DNA from: Torpedo marmorata
Taxonomy: Eukaryota
Direction: 5' to 3'
Length of the DNA: 64,000 nucleotides
Assembly (NCBI GenBank): GCA_977017645.1
Contig: OZ360242.1
Span: 21,390,001 to 21,454,000, forward strand
Shown here: positions 38,400-52,280 of the stretch, piece by piece
How the letters are laid out: the number at the start of each line of letters is the position of its first letter
Position numbering within the stretch: the first letter of the stretch is position 1
Translations under genes and position numbers: made by a program
Notes under the pieces: generated by a model
The model's database searches: none
What the model saw: the letters and a program-made list of their open reading frames with translations, nothing else
What the model was told of the DNA's origin: nothing

Positions 38400-41300
38400 T
38401 TTTTTGTTGTTGAATATTTTAAAGTTTTTTTATCCATACATGCATAATTATATAATATATAACAAGATGTTAAGTCATTATCATTACATTACTTATACAC
38501 GATGGGTAAGTCCCAGCCCTCCCTCCCCCCCAACCAAAGCCCCAGAAAGGAAGAAAGAAAAGAAATAAAAGTATGAAGAAAGATAAAGTGACCTGGATGG
38601 TAAAAAGTCGCCACCTACATCACGGTTTTTAATTAGTTACTTTTTTTTTCCTCATATAATCTCAGGGAGAATTTAATGAGGTACTTGGGGTGGGAAAAAG
38701 CTATGTTTATTATAACAGTTTGTAAATATGGGTGCCAAATTTTCAAAAATACATCATATTTGTTTCTTAAATTGTAAGTAATCTTCTCAAGTGGGATACA
38801 ATTATGCATTTCTGTATTCCACCGCTCCATACCCAAATGGGAGTCTGATTTCCAAGTTACTGCTATATATTTATTTGCTACTGCTAATGCAATTTTTAAG
38901 AATTCTTTTTGATACATATTTAATTTCAAGTTGGATCTTGTCCCCTCAATATTACATAATAAAAACAACTATCTCGACATAACTCCAACCAATTTCGTTC
39001 GTCAATATTTATATTCAAATCCATCTCCCATCTTTGTCTAGATCTATGAATCCCATTTTTTAAAGTTCCTTTTTGTAATAAATTATACATAACTGAAGTA
39101 AAATTCTTTATACGTCTATTTCAAATCAAAATTTCAGTATCAATAGATTTCGGCAATAACATTGTTAGGCCTAGTTTGTCTCTTAAATATGCTTTTAACT
39201 GATAATAACAAAAAAGTGTATTATTTTGTATTCCATATTTATTTCTTAATTGTTCAAATGACATTAATTGATCCCCCTCATAACAATCTTCTATATATTT
39301 AATTCCTTCACGAGACCATATATTTAAAAGTTGATTATCCATTGTAAAAGGAATTAGTTGATTTTGAATTAAAGACATTTTTGATCATTTCATTATCAAT
39401 GTTTATTTTTTTCCACATATTAATCAAAAGTTTTAACAGAGGGGTTTCTCTATCACCCGTTATTAATTTAGATTCCCATTTATATATAAAATCTTCTGGT
39501 ATTTTTTCTCCTATCTTATCTAATTCTATTTTAATCCATGCTGACTTCTCTCCTTCTTCAAAAAAAGATGCTATAAATCTCATTTGTGCTGCTTTATAAT
39601 AATTCTTAAAATTTGGAAGTTGTAAACCTCCCAACTCATATTTCCATGTTAATTTTTCTAAAGAAACTCTCGACATCTTACCCTTCCAAAGAAATTTCCT
39701 TTTAAATTTATTTAATTCTTGAAAACACTTTTGTGGTAATAATATCAGTAATGTTTGAAACATGTATTGTACTCTAGGAAATATATTCATTTTAACACAG
39801 TTGACTCTACCCAGCAAAGTTATTGGTAGTTTCATCCATTTATTAAGATCTTCTCTAATTTTCTTCAATAAAGGTAAATAATTAAATTTATATAATTTTT
39901 TAAAATCATTACCTACTCGTATACCTAAATACTTTATACCATTCGTTGGCCATATAAATTGAGTTTCTCTTTGACACTGAGTATAGTCTCCTGTAGTAAG
40001 AGGCATAATTTCACTCTTATCCCAGTTTATTTTATAACCCGATACTTTCCCATATTCTTCAAGTCTTAAATATAATTTACGTAATGAACTTATTGGTTCT
40101 TTCAAATAAATTAAAACATCATCAGCAAATAAATTAATTTTATATTCTTCTTGATTTACTTTAAATCCTTTAATCTCTGGATCTGACCGTACCAATTCTG
40201 CAAGTGGTTCTATTGGTAAAATGAATAAAGATGGTGATAATGGAAATCCTTATCTACTCGATCTTGTTAATGGGAATGGTGCAGAGACCTGTCCATTTGT
40301 TACCACTCTGGCCCTAGGCTCATTGAACAAAGCTTTAATCCAATTTACAAATATCTGTCCCATCCCATATTTTTCCAACACCTTAAATAAAGAATCCCAT
40401 TCTAATCTATCAAAAGCCTTTTCGGCATCCAAAGCCACTGTTACGCTTAAATCTCCCCTTTTCTGTGCTAAATGCATTATACTAAGTAATCTAGTTACAT
40501 TATCTGCAGATTGTCTCTTTTTTACAAATCCTGTTTGATCCATATTTATCAATTTTGGAAAATAATCCATCAGACTATTTGATAAAATTTTTGCTATTAT
40601 CTTATAATCTGCATTTAATAACAAAATAGGTCTATACGATACCGTTTTTAAAGGGTCTCTGTCCTTTTTTTGGTATTACTGTTAATATTGCTGTAGAAAA
40701 GGAATCCGGGAGAGTGTGTGTGTCTCCGCCGCTTGTTGCACTACCTCCATAAATGGAGGAATCAACAGATCTATAATTATTTATAAAATTCAGGCAGAAA
40801 ACCATCCTCTCCAGGAGATTTATTACTTTGCAGTGAGCTCAACGCTTCACACACCTCTTTTGATGTAAACAGGGCATCCAACCCCATTTGTTCTTCCAAA
40901 TTTAACCTTGGCAAATTTATTTGTGATAAAAAACTTTCTATCTTATTATCATCTCTTTGCGACTCAGATTGATATAACTTAGAATAAAAAAAATTAAAAG
41001 CTAGATTGATAAGTAATCACATCTGCATCTGTTTTTATTGCATTAATTATTCTTGGTTTGCTCTGCTTTCAATTGCCAAGCAAGAACTTTATGAGCCCTT
41101 TCACCTAACTCATAGTATCTCTGCTTAGTTCACATTATTGTTTTTTTCTGTTCTATATGTTTGCAATGTATTATATTGAAGTTTCTTACTAATAAGCCTC
41201 CTACGTTTCTCCTCAGAGATCCGTTTTTGTAAATCCTTCTCTAAGTGTGTTATCTCTTTCTCCAGTTGTTTTGACTCCTTCATATATTCCTTTTTAATTT

Positions 41301-42055
41301 TCGAAGTATAGCTTATAATTTGTCCTCTTAGGTAAGCTTTAATCATGTCCCATAGAATAAATTTATTGTTAACCGAATTAGAATTTGTCTCAAAGAAAAA
41401 TTGAATTTGTTTTCTGATAAAATCACAACAGTCTGGTCTTTTTAACAACATTGAATTAAATCTCCATCTGTAAACTGATTCTTCTTTATCTGTCATTATA
41501 ATTGTCATTAACAAGGGTGAATGGTCTGATAATATTCTAGCTTTATAATCCACCTGTTTAATCTTATCTTGAAGATGTGCTGATATTGAAAATAAATCTA
41601 TCCTTGAATAAGAGTCATGTCTATTTGAATAAAAAGAATAATCTCTTTCCCTTGGGTAAATTCTTCTCCATGCATCTATGAGATTCAGATCTTTCATTAA
41701 CATCAAGGTTGCTTTTGCTGCTTTTGTCCTTGTTATTGCTCTAGTTGATCTATCTAGGACTGGATCCAAACAGAAATTGAAGTCCCCTCCTATTAATAGA
41801 TGTTGTTATGTGCTTCTGCTAAATTAAGAAAAGTTTCTTGTGTAAACTTTTCGTCATCTAAATTTGGTGCATATATATATTCATAAGGGTCCATAGTTCA
41901 GAAAAAAATTGACAATGTACTACCATATATCTTCCTGCAGGATCAGTTACTACACTCTGTATCTTAACTGGAAGAGTTTTCTTTATCAAAATTGCCACCC
42001 CTCTTGCTTTTGAATTGAATTAAGAAGCTGTAACATATCCTACCCAATCTCTCCA
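38400..42055 (-). mobile_element. L1 LINE ORF2, decayed and 5'-truncated
   Basis: Motifs YSRIDLF, SDHSP, ALDAEKAFDRLEW, LFADD and CIPLEKITY are present with frameshifts. Confidence 0.92.
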
Positions 42056-42154
42056 AGACAGAACATCTTTGTTTAAAAACTGTGCAATACCCATTCAATT
42101 GCAGTCACAACTGAAGACCCCACAGGGGCCTCACGACTGAAGTTCACTGATTTA

Positions 42155-42392
42155 AATTTTAAATTTAGACATACAGCACGGTTACAGGCCATTTCGGCCC
42201 ACGAGTGTGTGCCGCCCAATTTACGCCCGATTAACCTACGCTTTGAACGGTGGGAGGAAACCGGAGCCCCCGGGGAAAACCCACGCAGACACGGGGAGAA
42301 CGTACAAACTCCTTACAGACAGTGTGGGATTTGAACCCCAGTCGCGATCGCTGGCGCTGTAAAGGTGTTGCGCTAACTACTATGCCAACCTT
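42155..42392 (-). mobile_element. tRNA-derived SINE
   Basis: Reverse complement of the 4583 family. Confidence 0.85.
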
Positions 42393-43555
42393 GCCACTTC
42401 TTGCTTCAGTACACTAGACCTCCAAAAAGCTGAACTTGAGATGCTTTTCTTTCCCCTCTCCTTGTACCCCGCTTGAAAAGCCCTGCTTTGCCCTTTTCTT
42501 AATTTTGGCTTTATATCAGCCAGTTTCATTTTCAACATGTTGCATCTGCTAACTACCAGCCATGTAATGATTGCTTCATAGCACTTCCCATAACTATTGT
42601 AAAACATCAAAATGTCCGTTTCCTTATTACGCTGCGCACCACTGGGCTCTCTCTACAACCAATGCTTGAAAGCCAAATCAAACAAAGATAAGCTGACACA
42701 ATGAAGCAAAACATCGTGGCATTTGTACCCTGGTAACCTCATGTGTGGGGGAATGTGCAGAGCAGAAATCATTCAACACTAGATGAGTGGGCACATATTA
42801 AATTAATTTGCTCTGAAAACCCATAAGAGGAAAAGAAACAATTACTCCATCACTTAACCCTTTCATAAATCGCACTCTTCTCCAGCATGGCACAATACCA
42901 AAAGCCCCAAAAGGAAAAAAGTGTGCAGCACTTTTAATAATCCACAAGGGAACTTCATAATGCTAATGAGCTTATTGTCATACACAAGTGCAATGTACAT
43001 GTGCACCAAAATTCTGGCTGCAGATATTTTGTAAAAACAAAACTCATGGTATACACTGAATTATACAGAAAGAGAGTCTGCAGTTGAGGGTGTTTTATTC
43101 TCTCGTCTTGACGGAATGTAACATTCTTTTGTGCAGCCATTGAATATTAATCTGGTTTTGGTTCCAGTCTCTGGAGAGACCCAGAATCTTCAAACTAGAT
43201 AGCATGAATGCTACCATGGAGACGTGATCTCCATGTCTACAGACAACTAATGGAAACAATGGCAACAATGATCCAAAGAAAAGGAATTGGGAAATTGGCA
43301 AGTTAGCCAGGATATGTGAAGTGACTATAAGTATTAACATCTACTCAAACTTTGTGGATGCTGCTAGGCCTGCTGAGTTTTTCCAGTGCTTGGGTCTCTC
43401 CGGAAGTCTCAGCTTTAACATTGGATTGTCAAAGCCTTTATTTTATTTTATTTTGTGGTGGCGGCAGGGGGGTGGAAGAGGAAAGAAAATTTTACTGCAC
43501 CACTGTAAAGCAGCATAAGATGCTAGAAAGCTTACAATACAAATGCTCATGGCAT

Positions 43556-43800
43556 TGATATACCTATCAATAAGCACTCAAGAGACTATGAGTGGGAACG
43601 AACCATAGGCTTTTATTAACATTAAACAGACCTACAGTCAACCTGCAGATCTAAGCCCGGACTGTGGGCGGAGCGGTGGCACAATGGCCTTTATTCAGGT
43701 GAGGAAGGGGGAGGGATTACCTGGACACCCAAGGGAGGGGAGAGGAGGCACCGGGACAGACAGCAGATTACCTAATATGTACAAACAGTGGTTTACCACA
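43556..43800 (-). mobile_element. Short solo LTR (245 bp)
   Basis: On the minus strand TGTGGTAAAC...TATATCA, with a 5-bp GGCAT TSD and an internal AATAAA. Confidence 0.8.
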
Positions 43801-44167
43801 GGCATTGCAAATCACATTTTGGCATGGACAATTGGCTGACAAACATGATATGTATGGTTAACTAGCTTGACTGCAGATGCTTGAACATTTCCACATTATG
43901 AGTCTAAACGAGGCATGTGACTGAAGCCTGGACCTCTTTTAAAAAAAAACATTTATACAAATGCTTCCCAAGTCCCAACCAAGGTATCTTGATGATGGCA
44001 TGAAGAAAACCAGTTTGCGAAATGAACAGAGGCTACTAAAGAGACAGACAGGTTAAGCAGTAAACACGAAAATCTGTAGACACCGTGGTTGAAGTAAAAA
44101 ACACAAAAGCTGGAGAACTCAGCAGGTCAAACAGTGTCTTTTATGTAGCAAAGGTAGAAATACATAA

Positions 44168-44199
44168 CTGACGTTTCGGGCTTGAGCCCTTCAGCAAAG
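44168..44199 (-). ncRNA. Hammerhead-ribozyme-like motif in the Penelope terminal repeat (variant core)
   Basis: UUGCUGAA-GGGCU-CA-AGCCC-GAAACGUC. Confidence 0.35.
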
Positions 44200-44388
44200 T
44201 ATGAGAAAATGCCGGCAGGCGTCCGAACAAAGGAGTGAGGGGGGAAGGGGGGTGGCAAAGGCAGGACATGATAGGTGGAGAAAGGAGGGAGGGGACAGCA
44301 GCAAAGAGGGGGAGGAGGGATGGCTGGGTGGGTGGAAAAAAACAGGAAGGACAGGTGAGGGGGGAGGGGAAGGGAACAACAAGCAGGT

Positions 44389-45890
44389 TTAGTGGAAAGC
44401 AGAAAAGTCAATGTTAATGCCATCAGGCTGGAGAGTGCCGAGACGGAATATGAGATGTTGTTCCTCCAATTTGCAGGTAGTCTGGGTGGGATAGTACATG
44501 AGGCCATGGACAGACATGTGAGTGAGGGAGTGTGACCCAGAATTAAAATGGTTGGCTACTGGGAGGTCGCTGTTGTTGCGGACGGAGAGGAGGTGCTCAG
44601 CAAAACGGTCTCCCAATCTATGACCGGTCTCTCCAATGTATAGAAAGCCACAAAGGGAGCACCAGATGCAGTAAATAAGTCCTCTGGATGTACAAGTGAA
44701 GTGTAGTTTCACTTGGAAGACCTGTTTGGGGCCCTGGACCGTGGTGAGGGGGGAGGTGTGGGCGCAGATGTTGCACCTCCTGCGGGCACAGGGGAAGGTT
44801 CCGGGGGTGCGATGGGTGGGGAGGGACGAGTGCACGAGTGAGTCGCGGAGGGAGCGGTCCCTATGGAAGGCCGAGAGGGGAGGAGAAGGAAAAATGTTTC
44901 TGGTGGTGGGATCCTGCAGCAAGTGCCGGAAATTCCGGCGGATAATGTGTTGGATGCGGAGGCTGGTGGGGTGGTAGGTGAGGATGAGGGGTATTCTATG
45001 TTTGTTGCATCTGGGGGCAGAGGGGGCCAGGGCAGATGAGCGGGAAATGGAGGAGATGCGGGTGAGGGCAGAGTTGATGGTGGTGGAGGGGAAGCCACGT
45101 TTGTGGAAAAAGGCAGACATTTCAGAAGATCTGGAGTGGAACACCTCATCTTGGGAACAGATGCGGCGGAGGCGGAGAAATTGAGAGAAGGGGATGGAGT
45201 CCTTGCAGGGGACAGGGTGTGAGGATGTGTAGTCCAGATAGTTGTGGGAGTTGGAGGGTTTGTAGTAAATGTCGGTGGAAAGCTTGTCTCCCGAGATGGA
45301 GACAGAGAGATCCAGGAAGGGGAGAGTGTTATCGGAGATGGACCAGGTGAGTTTGAGATCGTGGTGGAAGTTGGATGCGAAGTGGATGAAGTTGACAAGC
45401 TCATCGTAGGTGCATGAGGCAGCCCCGATGTAGTCATCGATATACCGGAGGAAGAGATGAGGGGTCTTGCCTGTGTAGGCTTGCAGCATGGATTGCTCCA
45501 CAAAGCCCACAAACAGGCAGGCGTAGCTGGGACCCATGCGGGTACCCATGGCTACTCCTTTGATTTGGAGGAAGTGGGATGAGTTGAAGGAGAAGTTATT
45601 GAGAGTGAGGACAAGTTCTGCCAGGCGGAGGAGGGTGGTGGTAGAGGGTGACTGGTTGGGTCTTTGGTCCAGGAAGAAGCGAAGTGCTTTCAGACCTTCT
45701 GTGTGGGGGATAGAGGTATAAAGGGATTGGACATCCATGGTGAAGATGATGCGGTCCGGTTCAGGGAATCTGAAGTCATTGAGGAGATGGAGGGCATGTG
45801 AGGTGTCGTGGATGTAGGTGGGGAGGGATTGGACCAGGGGAGAAAAGATGGAGTCAAGGTAAGATGAAACTAGTTCGGTGGGGCAGGAAG
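44389..45890 (-). CDS. Penelope RT + GIY-YIG endonuclease (open ~500 codons, N-truncated)
   Basis: Motifs TMDVQSLYTSIPH, GVAMGTRMGPSYA, RYIDD, LPFLD, GLIYCIWCSLCGFLYIGETG and RFAEH. The first ~55 aa of the track ORF come from flank and tandem repeat. Confidence 0.88.
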
Positions 45891-47654
45891 CAGGCAGAAA
45901 CAATGGGTCTGCGTGGGGCAGGAGCAGGCAGAAACAATGGGTCTGGTGGGGCAGGAGCAGGCAGAACAGGTTAAGCAAACAGGCTAAGATCTGCAAATTG
46001 GAGTTTAAATGTAGCAAAATACATACCTGTTGATCTTGGCAGGAAAAGTTTAAAAACAAAGCAGCATCCTATAAAATTAAACGTTGTCCAGCTGAGGCAT
46101 CTGGGTATCCTGGTTGATCAGTCACCAGTGTGCTGGCATTGCAATAAATTAGGAAAGCTAACAAAGTTATTTCACAATGTTAATTGCACAAGATTATGCT
46201 CAGTTAAATAGGACAATGGGGAGCCCACATCTGGAGTAGCATCAGCTGCCTAATCAAGGATGTTTGAACATTGAGTGTTTTAGAATATTCACTGGAATGA
46301 TTGGGTTGCTTGGAGGTTGGACAACTTTTATGGTTGTATCCGTTGGAGTTCTGAAGAATGAGAAATTACTCAATTTAAACATACAAGGTACCAGAGTCTG
46401 TAGGTGGGGTGATAACCAAGAAGAAGCATCCTTTCATGCAAGACATGATTTTTTTTCTCTGAGTCACGTCTTTGGAACCTTCTTCCTCAACAGTATGCTG
46501 GGAGGAGAATCTTTGAATGTTTAATGGAGAGGTAGGAAGCTTCTTGATAAGCAAGGGAGTAAAAAGATTCCAAGGGAGGCAAAGCTAGGGTTACAATCAT
46601 ATCAGTCACAATCTTTTGAAAAAGAGAGCAGTCTATTCCTAATTTGTATGTCCACGTAACAAAAGTATCTTCAGTGAAGTTAACACCATTACCAGGCAAG
46701 GAGAAAGTTGTTGTTGCTCTGAAATGCTTTACTTTTGTCACAGACCTTCTGAGCTTTAGTCCTAGCACTTCAGACAGACACCAAGGGTTTGTCAATGCTA
46801 TTTAAAACTTTAGAACAATTTGTAGACATCTTGTGTGCCACCAGAGTAAACTCCATTTGAACCTCATAATCAATAGATTTTTTTGTCTCTTCATAGCAAG
46901 GTAGTCAGAAACTTGACAAATGAGACTTGCAAGACAATTGCTTTTTATGACTTCCAGTGTATTAATATTCTCTCTTGGGAATGGGCATATAATATTGTGC
47001 TTGAGACAAATTTCATTGGTTAACCCACTTCTCAAATAAAATGGTTAATTGTGCAATAGTTCTACATGAATGTCCATCAATAAAGTTTTCATTTTATCAA
47101 GTCAAGTCACCTTTATTTGTCGTTCATTACCATATACACAGTAAAACGAGATAGTGTTTCTCCAGGACCATGGGCAGATGTACATAAATATCATAATACA
47201 ATAAAAAAACTATAACATGCTAATACACATACCGTATATTTCGGCGTATAAGTCGACCGGCAAATAAATCGACCCCCTTTTTCAGCCTCATTTTAATGGT
47301 TTTATTGTATATCCGGCGTATAAGTCGATCCCCAAAAATCGCGATGCCTGAGATGTTGCGCATTGACCGGCGTATAAGTCGAACCCCAAAAATCGCGATG
47401 ATTGAGCTGCTGGGCGTTGACTGGCGTACAGGTCGACCCACAACGATCGCGCTGATTGAGCTGCTGGGCGTTGGCTGGAGGTGATTGTTATCATGGAGGC
47501 TCAATTGAAACGACGAAAGTATGAGGCGAGTTTTAAATTAAAAGTTATAGAAATGGCCAAGAAAACCAACAACTGTGTTACTGCAAGAAAATTTGATATA
47601 TACGAGAAGTTGGTAAGAGATTGGAGGAAGAAAGAAGATACTTTAAGAAAAATA

Positions 47655-48776
47655 TTTAAAATTTGGTTTCAAAAAGGAATTAAGAAAATAAATGATTGGT
47701 TTGAAGCTGGGAAATTTATACACTTTTGCTTATTATCAAATTAGAGCATTTTTGATTGAGAAATTAGGTTATAGTTTGATCTTACCAAGACAGAATGAAT
47801 TAGAATTATTAGTTACTGAAGGGGATGTGAATAAATTTATTTCTCAAATGTATAAATTGTTCCAGAGGAAAACTTCTAAAGTCGGAATTCATAAATCAAG
47901 ATTAAAATGGGAATTAGATTTGAATGTAACAATAGATGAAAATCATTGGAAAGAATTATGTAAATTAAGTATGACGAAGATTATTAATGATAAATACAAT
48001 ACAATTTTTTTCATCAATTATATATAACACCTAAAAAATTAAAGAAATTTAATCCGACATTATCAGGTTTATGTCTTAGATGTAATAAAGAGGAAGGTTC
48101 TTTTGTACATTCTACATGGTTTTGTCCAAAAGTTTATGATTTCTGGTTGAAAGTTAAAAAATTTTTAGATAAAGTATTTAAGATTATATTTCCAATGGAT
48201 CCTATGATATTTTTGTTTGGAGATAATAGAAAATTTAGTATTAAGATGAAATTAAATATGTATCAAATAGAATTTTTGCGAATTGCTTTAGCTGTTTCAA
48301 AGAAATGTATTGCCATTACTTGGAAATCTGATCTAGATTTAGGGTTGGAAAGATGGCATGCAGAACTTCATTCGTGTATACCACTTGAAAAAATTACCTA
48401 TAATTTACGTAATAAATATCATTTCTTTTTAAAAATTTGGAGCCCATATATGAAAGTAGTTGGTTTAAGGATTTGAAGATCTCTGGACATCGGATCTATT
48501 GGCATACCTGACCTCCATATTAGAATTAGTTTATAGATGTATGTTTTTAGATTGGCATTCTCCTTACTCTATCTTTTTCTTTTTTTTTTCTTTTATTTTT
48601 AAAAATTTTTATTTTATATTTTATATTTTTTATTTTTATTAGATTAGAGGGGTTGGGAGGGTTGGGGAGGGGAGGTTGGGGGGGGTGAAAATGTATTACA
48701 AATATTTTGATAATTTCATATTTTATTTTATGTATTCTGTGATTTAAAATTTTAAATAAAATATTTTTAAAAAAGT
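47655..48776 (+). mobile_element. L1 3' fragment inside the pogo transposase
   Basis: Closely matches 26315-27450; AAAATA TSD. Confidence 0.9.
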
Positions 48777-49041
48777 AAAATACCAAAAAGGCAATGTTCG
48801 ATGAGAAGAGGAATCACTCGTTGGCCAGAGTTGGAAAATCATGTTGCAGCATGGGTACGTGAACAGAGGCAAGATTGCTACATAGTCACCCGAAATAAAA
48901 TAAGAACATTTGCACTGAACTGGGCAAAGTCGCACCCAGAACTCAGTAATGATTTTGAAGCTACAGTGGGCTGGTGCAACCGTTTCATGAACAGGAAAAA
49001 TCTGGTTTTACGACAAAAAACTAAAATTGCTCAGAAACTAT

Positions 49042-52000
49042 TTTTTTTTTTTTTTAAATTTTATTTAAATTTTAAAATCACAAAATACATAGATCAAAAA
49101 TAATATATCATTGCAAATACATGTGATATATTTCCTCCATCCCTCCCACCCTCCCCTCCCCAACCCCCCCTACCACTATTCTAAAGAAAAAATAAATAAA
49201 AAAAATATATAAAAACAAAAGAGAAAAAAAAAGAATAAAAAGAAAAAAGTTGAATAATAAAGAATGAAAGTGAGGAGAAAACAAATTCCAAACTAATTCT
49301 ATTTATATATTGGAGGTTAATTTCGCCAGCGGAGCCGACTTCCAGAGAATTAATTCATACCCATAGCTCTCATATATGGGCTCCAAATTTTCAAAAAGAA
49401 ATGATATTTATTACGTAGATTGTACGTAATCTTTTCTAATGGTATACATGAACGTAATTCTGCATGCAATCTATCTAAATTCAAATCTAAATCTGATTTC
49501 CAAGTAATAGCAATACATTTTTTTGAAACCGCTAAAACAATTCGTAAAAATTCTATTTGATACATATTTAGTCTATTTCTAATACTAAATTTTTTAATAT
49601 CTCCAAATAAAAATAACATAAAATCCATTGGAAATATAATATTAAAAATTCTATCTAAATTTTTTTTAACTTTAGACCAAAAGTCCTTGATTTTAGGACA
49701 TAACCATGTTGAATGAACAAAAGAACCAATTTCATCCTTGCATCTAAAACACATATCTGATAATGCCGGATTGAATTTCTTTAATTTTTTAGGTGTTAAA
49801 TATAGTTGATGAAAAAAATTATATTGTACTAATCTATACCTAACATTAATAATTTTAGTCATACTCAATTTACATAAATCTTTCCAATGTTTTTCATCTA
49901 TATTAATATTTAAATCTGATTCCCATTTTAATCTTGATTTATGGAATCCTACTTTAGGCATTTTTCTCTGAAGTAATTTATACATTTGTGATATAAATTT
50001 ATTAACATTTCCATTAGTAATTAATAATTCTAATCCATCCTGTCTTGGAGCTATTAATTGATTTCCCAGTTTCTCAACTAAAAATCCTTTAACCTGATAA
50101 TAAGCTAAAATTGTATTATCTAATATTCCAAATTTTTCTTTCAATCTAGAAAATGTAACAAATCTTCCAGCCTCAAAACAATCTTTAATCTTCTTAATTT
50201 CTTTTTGAAACCATATTTTTAAAAATTGATTGTCAATAGAAAATGGTAAAAATAGATTTTGATACAGTGGCATATTTGGAGATAATGACCCTTTTCGTCC
50301 TATCTCATTATCTAATTGTGTCCAAATTTCCAGCAAATGTTTAATAATCGGTGAATTTTTCTTTTTAACTAATAATAATTTAGAATTCCACTTATAAATA
50401 ATATCTTCTTTATATCTCTCCCCTATATTATTCAATTCTATATTAATCCAAGCGGTAGATTTAGTTAAATCAAAAAATTCATTAATAAACTTTAATTGAG
50501 CTGCCTTATAATAATATTGAAAATTGGGGAGTTGTAATCCACCCATCTCATAATTCCAAGTTAATTTATCCATACTTACTCTCGCTAACTTTCCCTTCCA
50601 TAAAAATTTCCTAATAATAATTTTTAAATCTTTAAAAAATTTTTGAGGAATTCCAAAAGGAATAGATTGAAAAAGATATTGAATTCTTGGAAAAATATTC
50701 ATTTTAATGCAATTCACTCTTCCCATTAAAGTTATAGGTAAATCTTTCCAATTCTCCAAATCTTTCTTTATTTTGTTAAATAAAGGTATATAATTTAATT
50801 TATATAAATTTTCCAATTTTGTATCTACCTTAACTCCCAAATATTTAATTCCTTCTTTAGCCCATTTAAATCTTGTAACTTCTTTACATTTAGTATAATC
50901 TCCTTGAGATAAAGCCATTATCTCACTTTTATCTGAGTTTATTTTATATCCAGATATCTCACCATACTCCATCAGTATTTTAGCTAATTATTGAAGTGAT
51001 ACAATTGATTTCGTCATATATATTAATACATCATCTGCAAATAAACTAATTTTATGCTCTTCTGTACCTACTTTAATCCCATTTATATTAATATCTTTCC
51101 TAATCATTTCAGCCAACGGTTCTATTGCCAATACAAATAGAGCAGGTGATAAAGGACATCCTTGTCTTGTTGACCGCGTCAAGGGAAATTTAGATGATAT
51201 CTGACCGTTTGTAATTACTCTAGCTGTAGGTTCTTTATATATTGTTTTAATCCAATTTATAAAAGTATCTCCAAATCCAAATTTCTCTAAAACCTTAAAT
51301 AAAAATTCCATTCCAGTCTATCAAATGCCTTTTCCGCATCTAATGATATCACCAATGGCAAATTGTTTCCTTTTTTGCAAATTGATTAAACTTATTAATC
51401 TTGCTATATTATCTTTCGAATATCTATTTTTAATAAATCCTGCTTGATCTGAATGTATTAAAATCAGTAGATACTTAGCTAATCTATTTGTCAAAAATTT
51501 TGCCATTATTTTATAATCTACATTCAACAATGATATAGGTCTATACGACTCAGTTTTTAATACATCTCTATCTTTCTTTGGTATAACTGTAATGATAGCA
51601 TTCAAAAAAGTTTTCGGTAATAAATGGGTTTCCTTAATTTGACTCAATACTTCCATATATATAGGTATCAATAAATCTTTAAATTCTTTATAAAACTCTA
51701 TCGGAAATCCATCATCACCAGGGGATTTACCACTTTTCAATGTCGATAAAGCTTCAGCTACTTCTCTCATTGTAATAGGTAGATCCAATATATCTCTATT
51801 AAAATTATTTAATCTAGGTAATGTAATTTTAGATAAAAATCTATTAATTTTTGTATCATCATGATCAATCTGAGAGGTATATAAATTTTGATAATATTCT
51901 CTAAAGGATTCATTTATTTCCTGAGGTTTATAAGTTATTTCACCAGTACTTTTTTTTATAGCATTTATAGTTTTAGAAACTTGTTCTTTTTTTAATTGCC

Positions 52001-52280
52001 ATGCTAAAACTTTATGAGCTCTTTCTCCTAATTCATAATATCTTTGTTTCGTTCTATCAATTAATTTTTCCATTTTGCGAGTTTGTAATAAATTATAATG
52101 CAATTTCCTCCTGATTAAACGATGTCTCTTAAAGATTGTTTTATTTCTTTGAAAATCTTTCTCCATAAATTCAATCTCCCTTTCCAATTTTTCTTCTTCT
52201 TTCAAATAATCTTTTCTAATTTTTGCCGAAAAACTTATTATCAAACCTCTTAAGTAAGCTTTTAAGGATTCCCAAATTAT
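49042..52280 (-). mobile_element. L1 5'-truncated copy (RT + C-terminus) inside the pogo transposase
   Basis: Motifs TRQGCPLSP and LFADD and a 540-aa open C-terminus. Poly(A) tail and an 18-bp TSD AAATTGCTCAGAAACTAT (49024-49041 / 52281-52298). Confidence 0.93.

Larger units (their letters stand above)
44062..45890 (-). mobile_element. Penelope-like element, 5'-truncated
   Basis: RT + GIY-YIG ORF and the terminal repeat. The terminal ~200 bp are nearly identical to 56678-56878. Confidence 0.92.

Noticed and set aside
44709-45512. 267-aa Ser/Pro/Thr-rich ORF
   Set aside because: It is an alternative frame of the C-rich Penelope ORF.
47240-47470. Short repeats with spacers, superficially CRISPR-like (also 53265-53465)
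   Set aside because: These are subterminal repeats of the pogo transposon in a vertebrate genome, with no cas genes.
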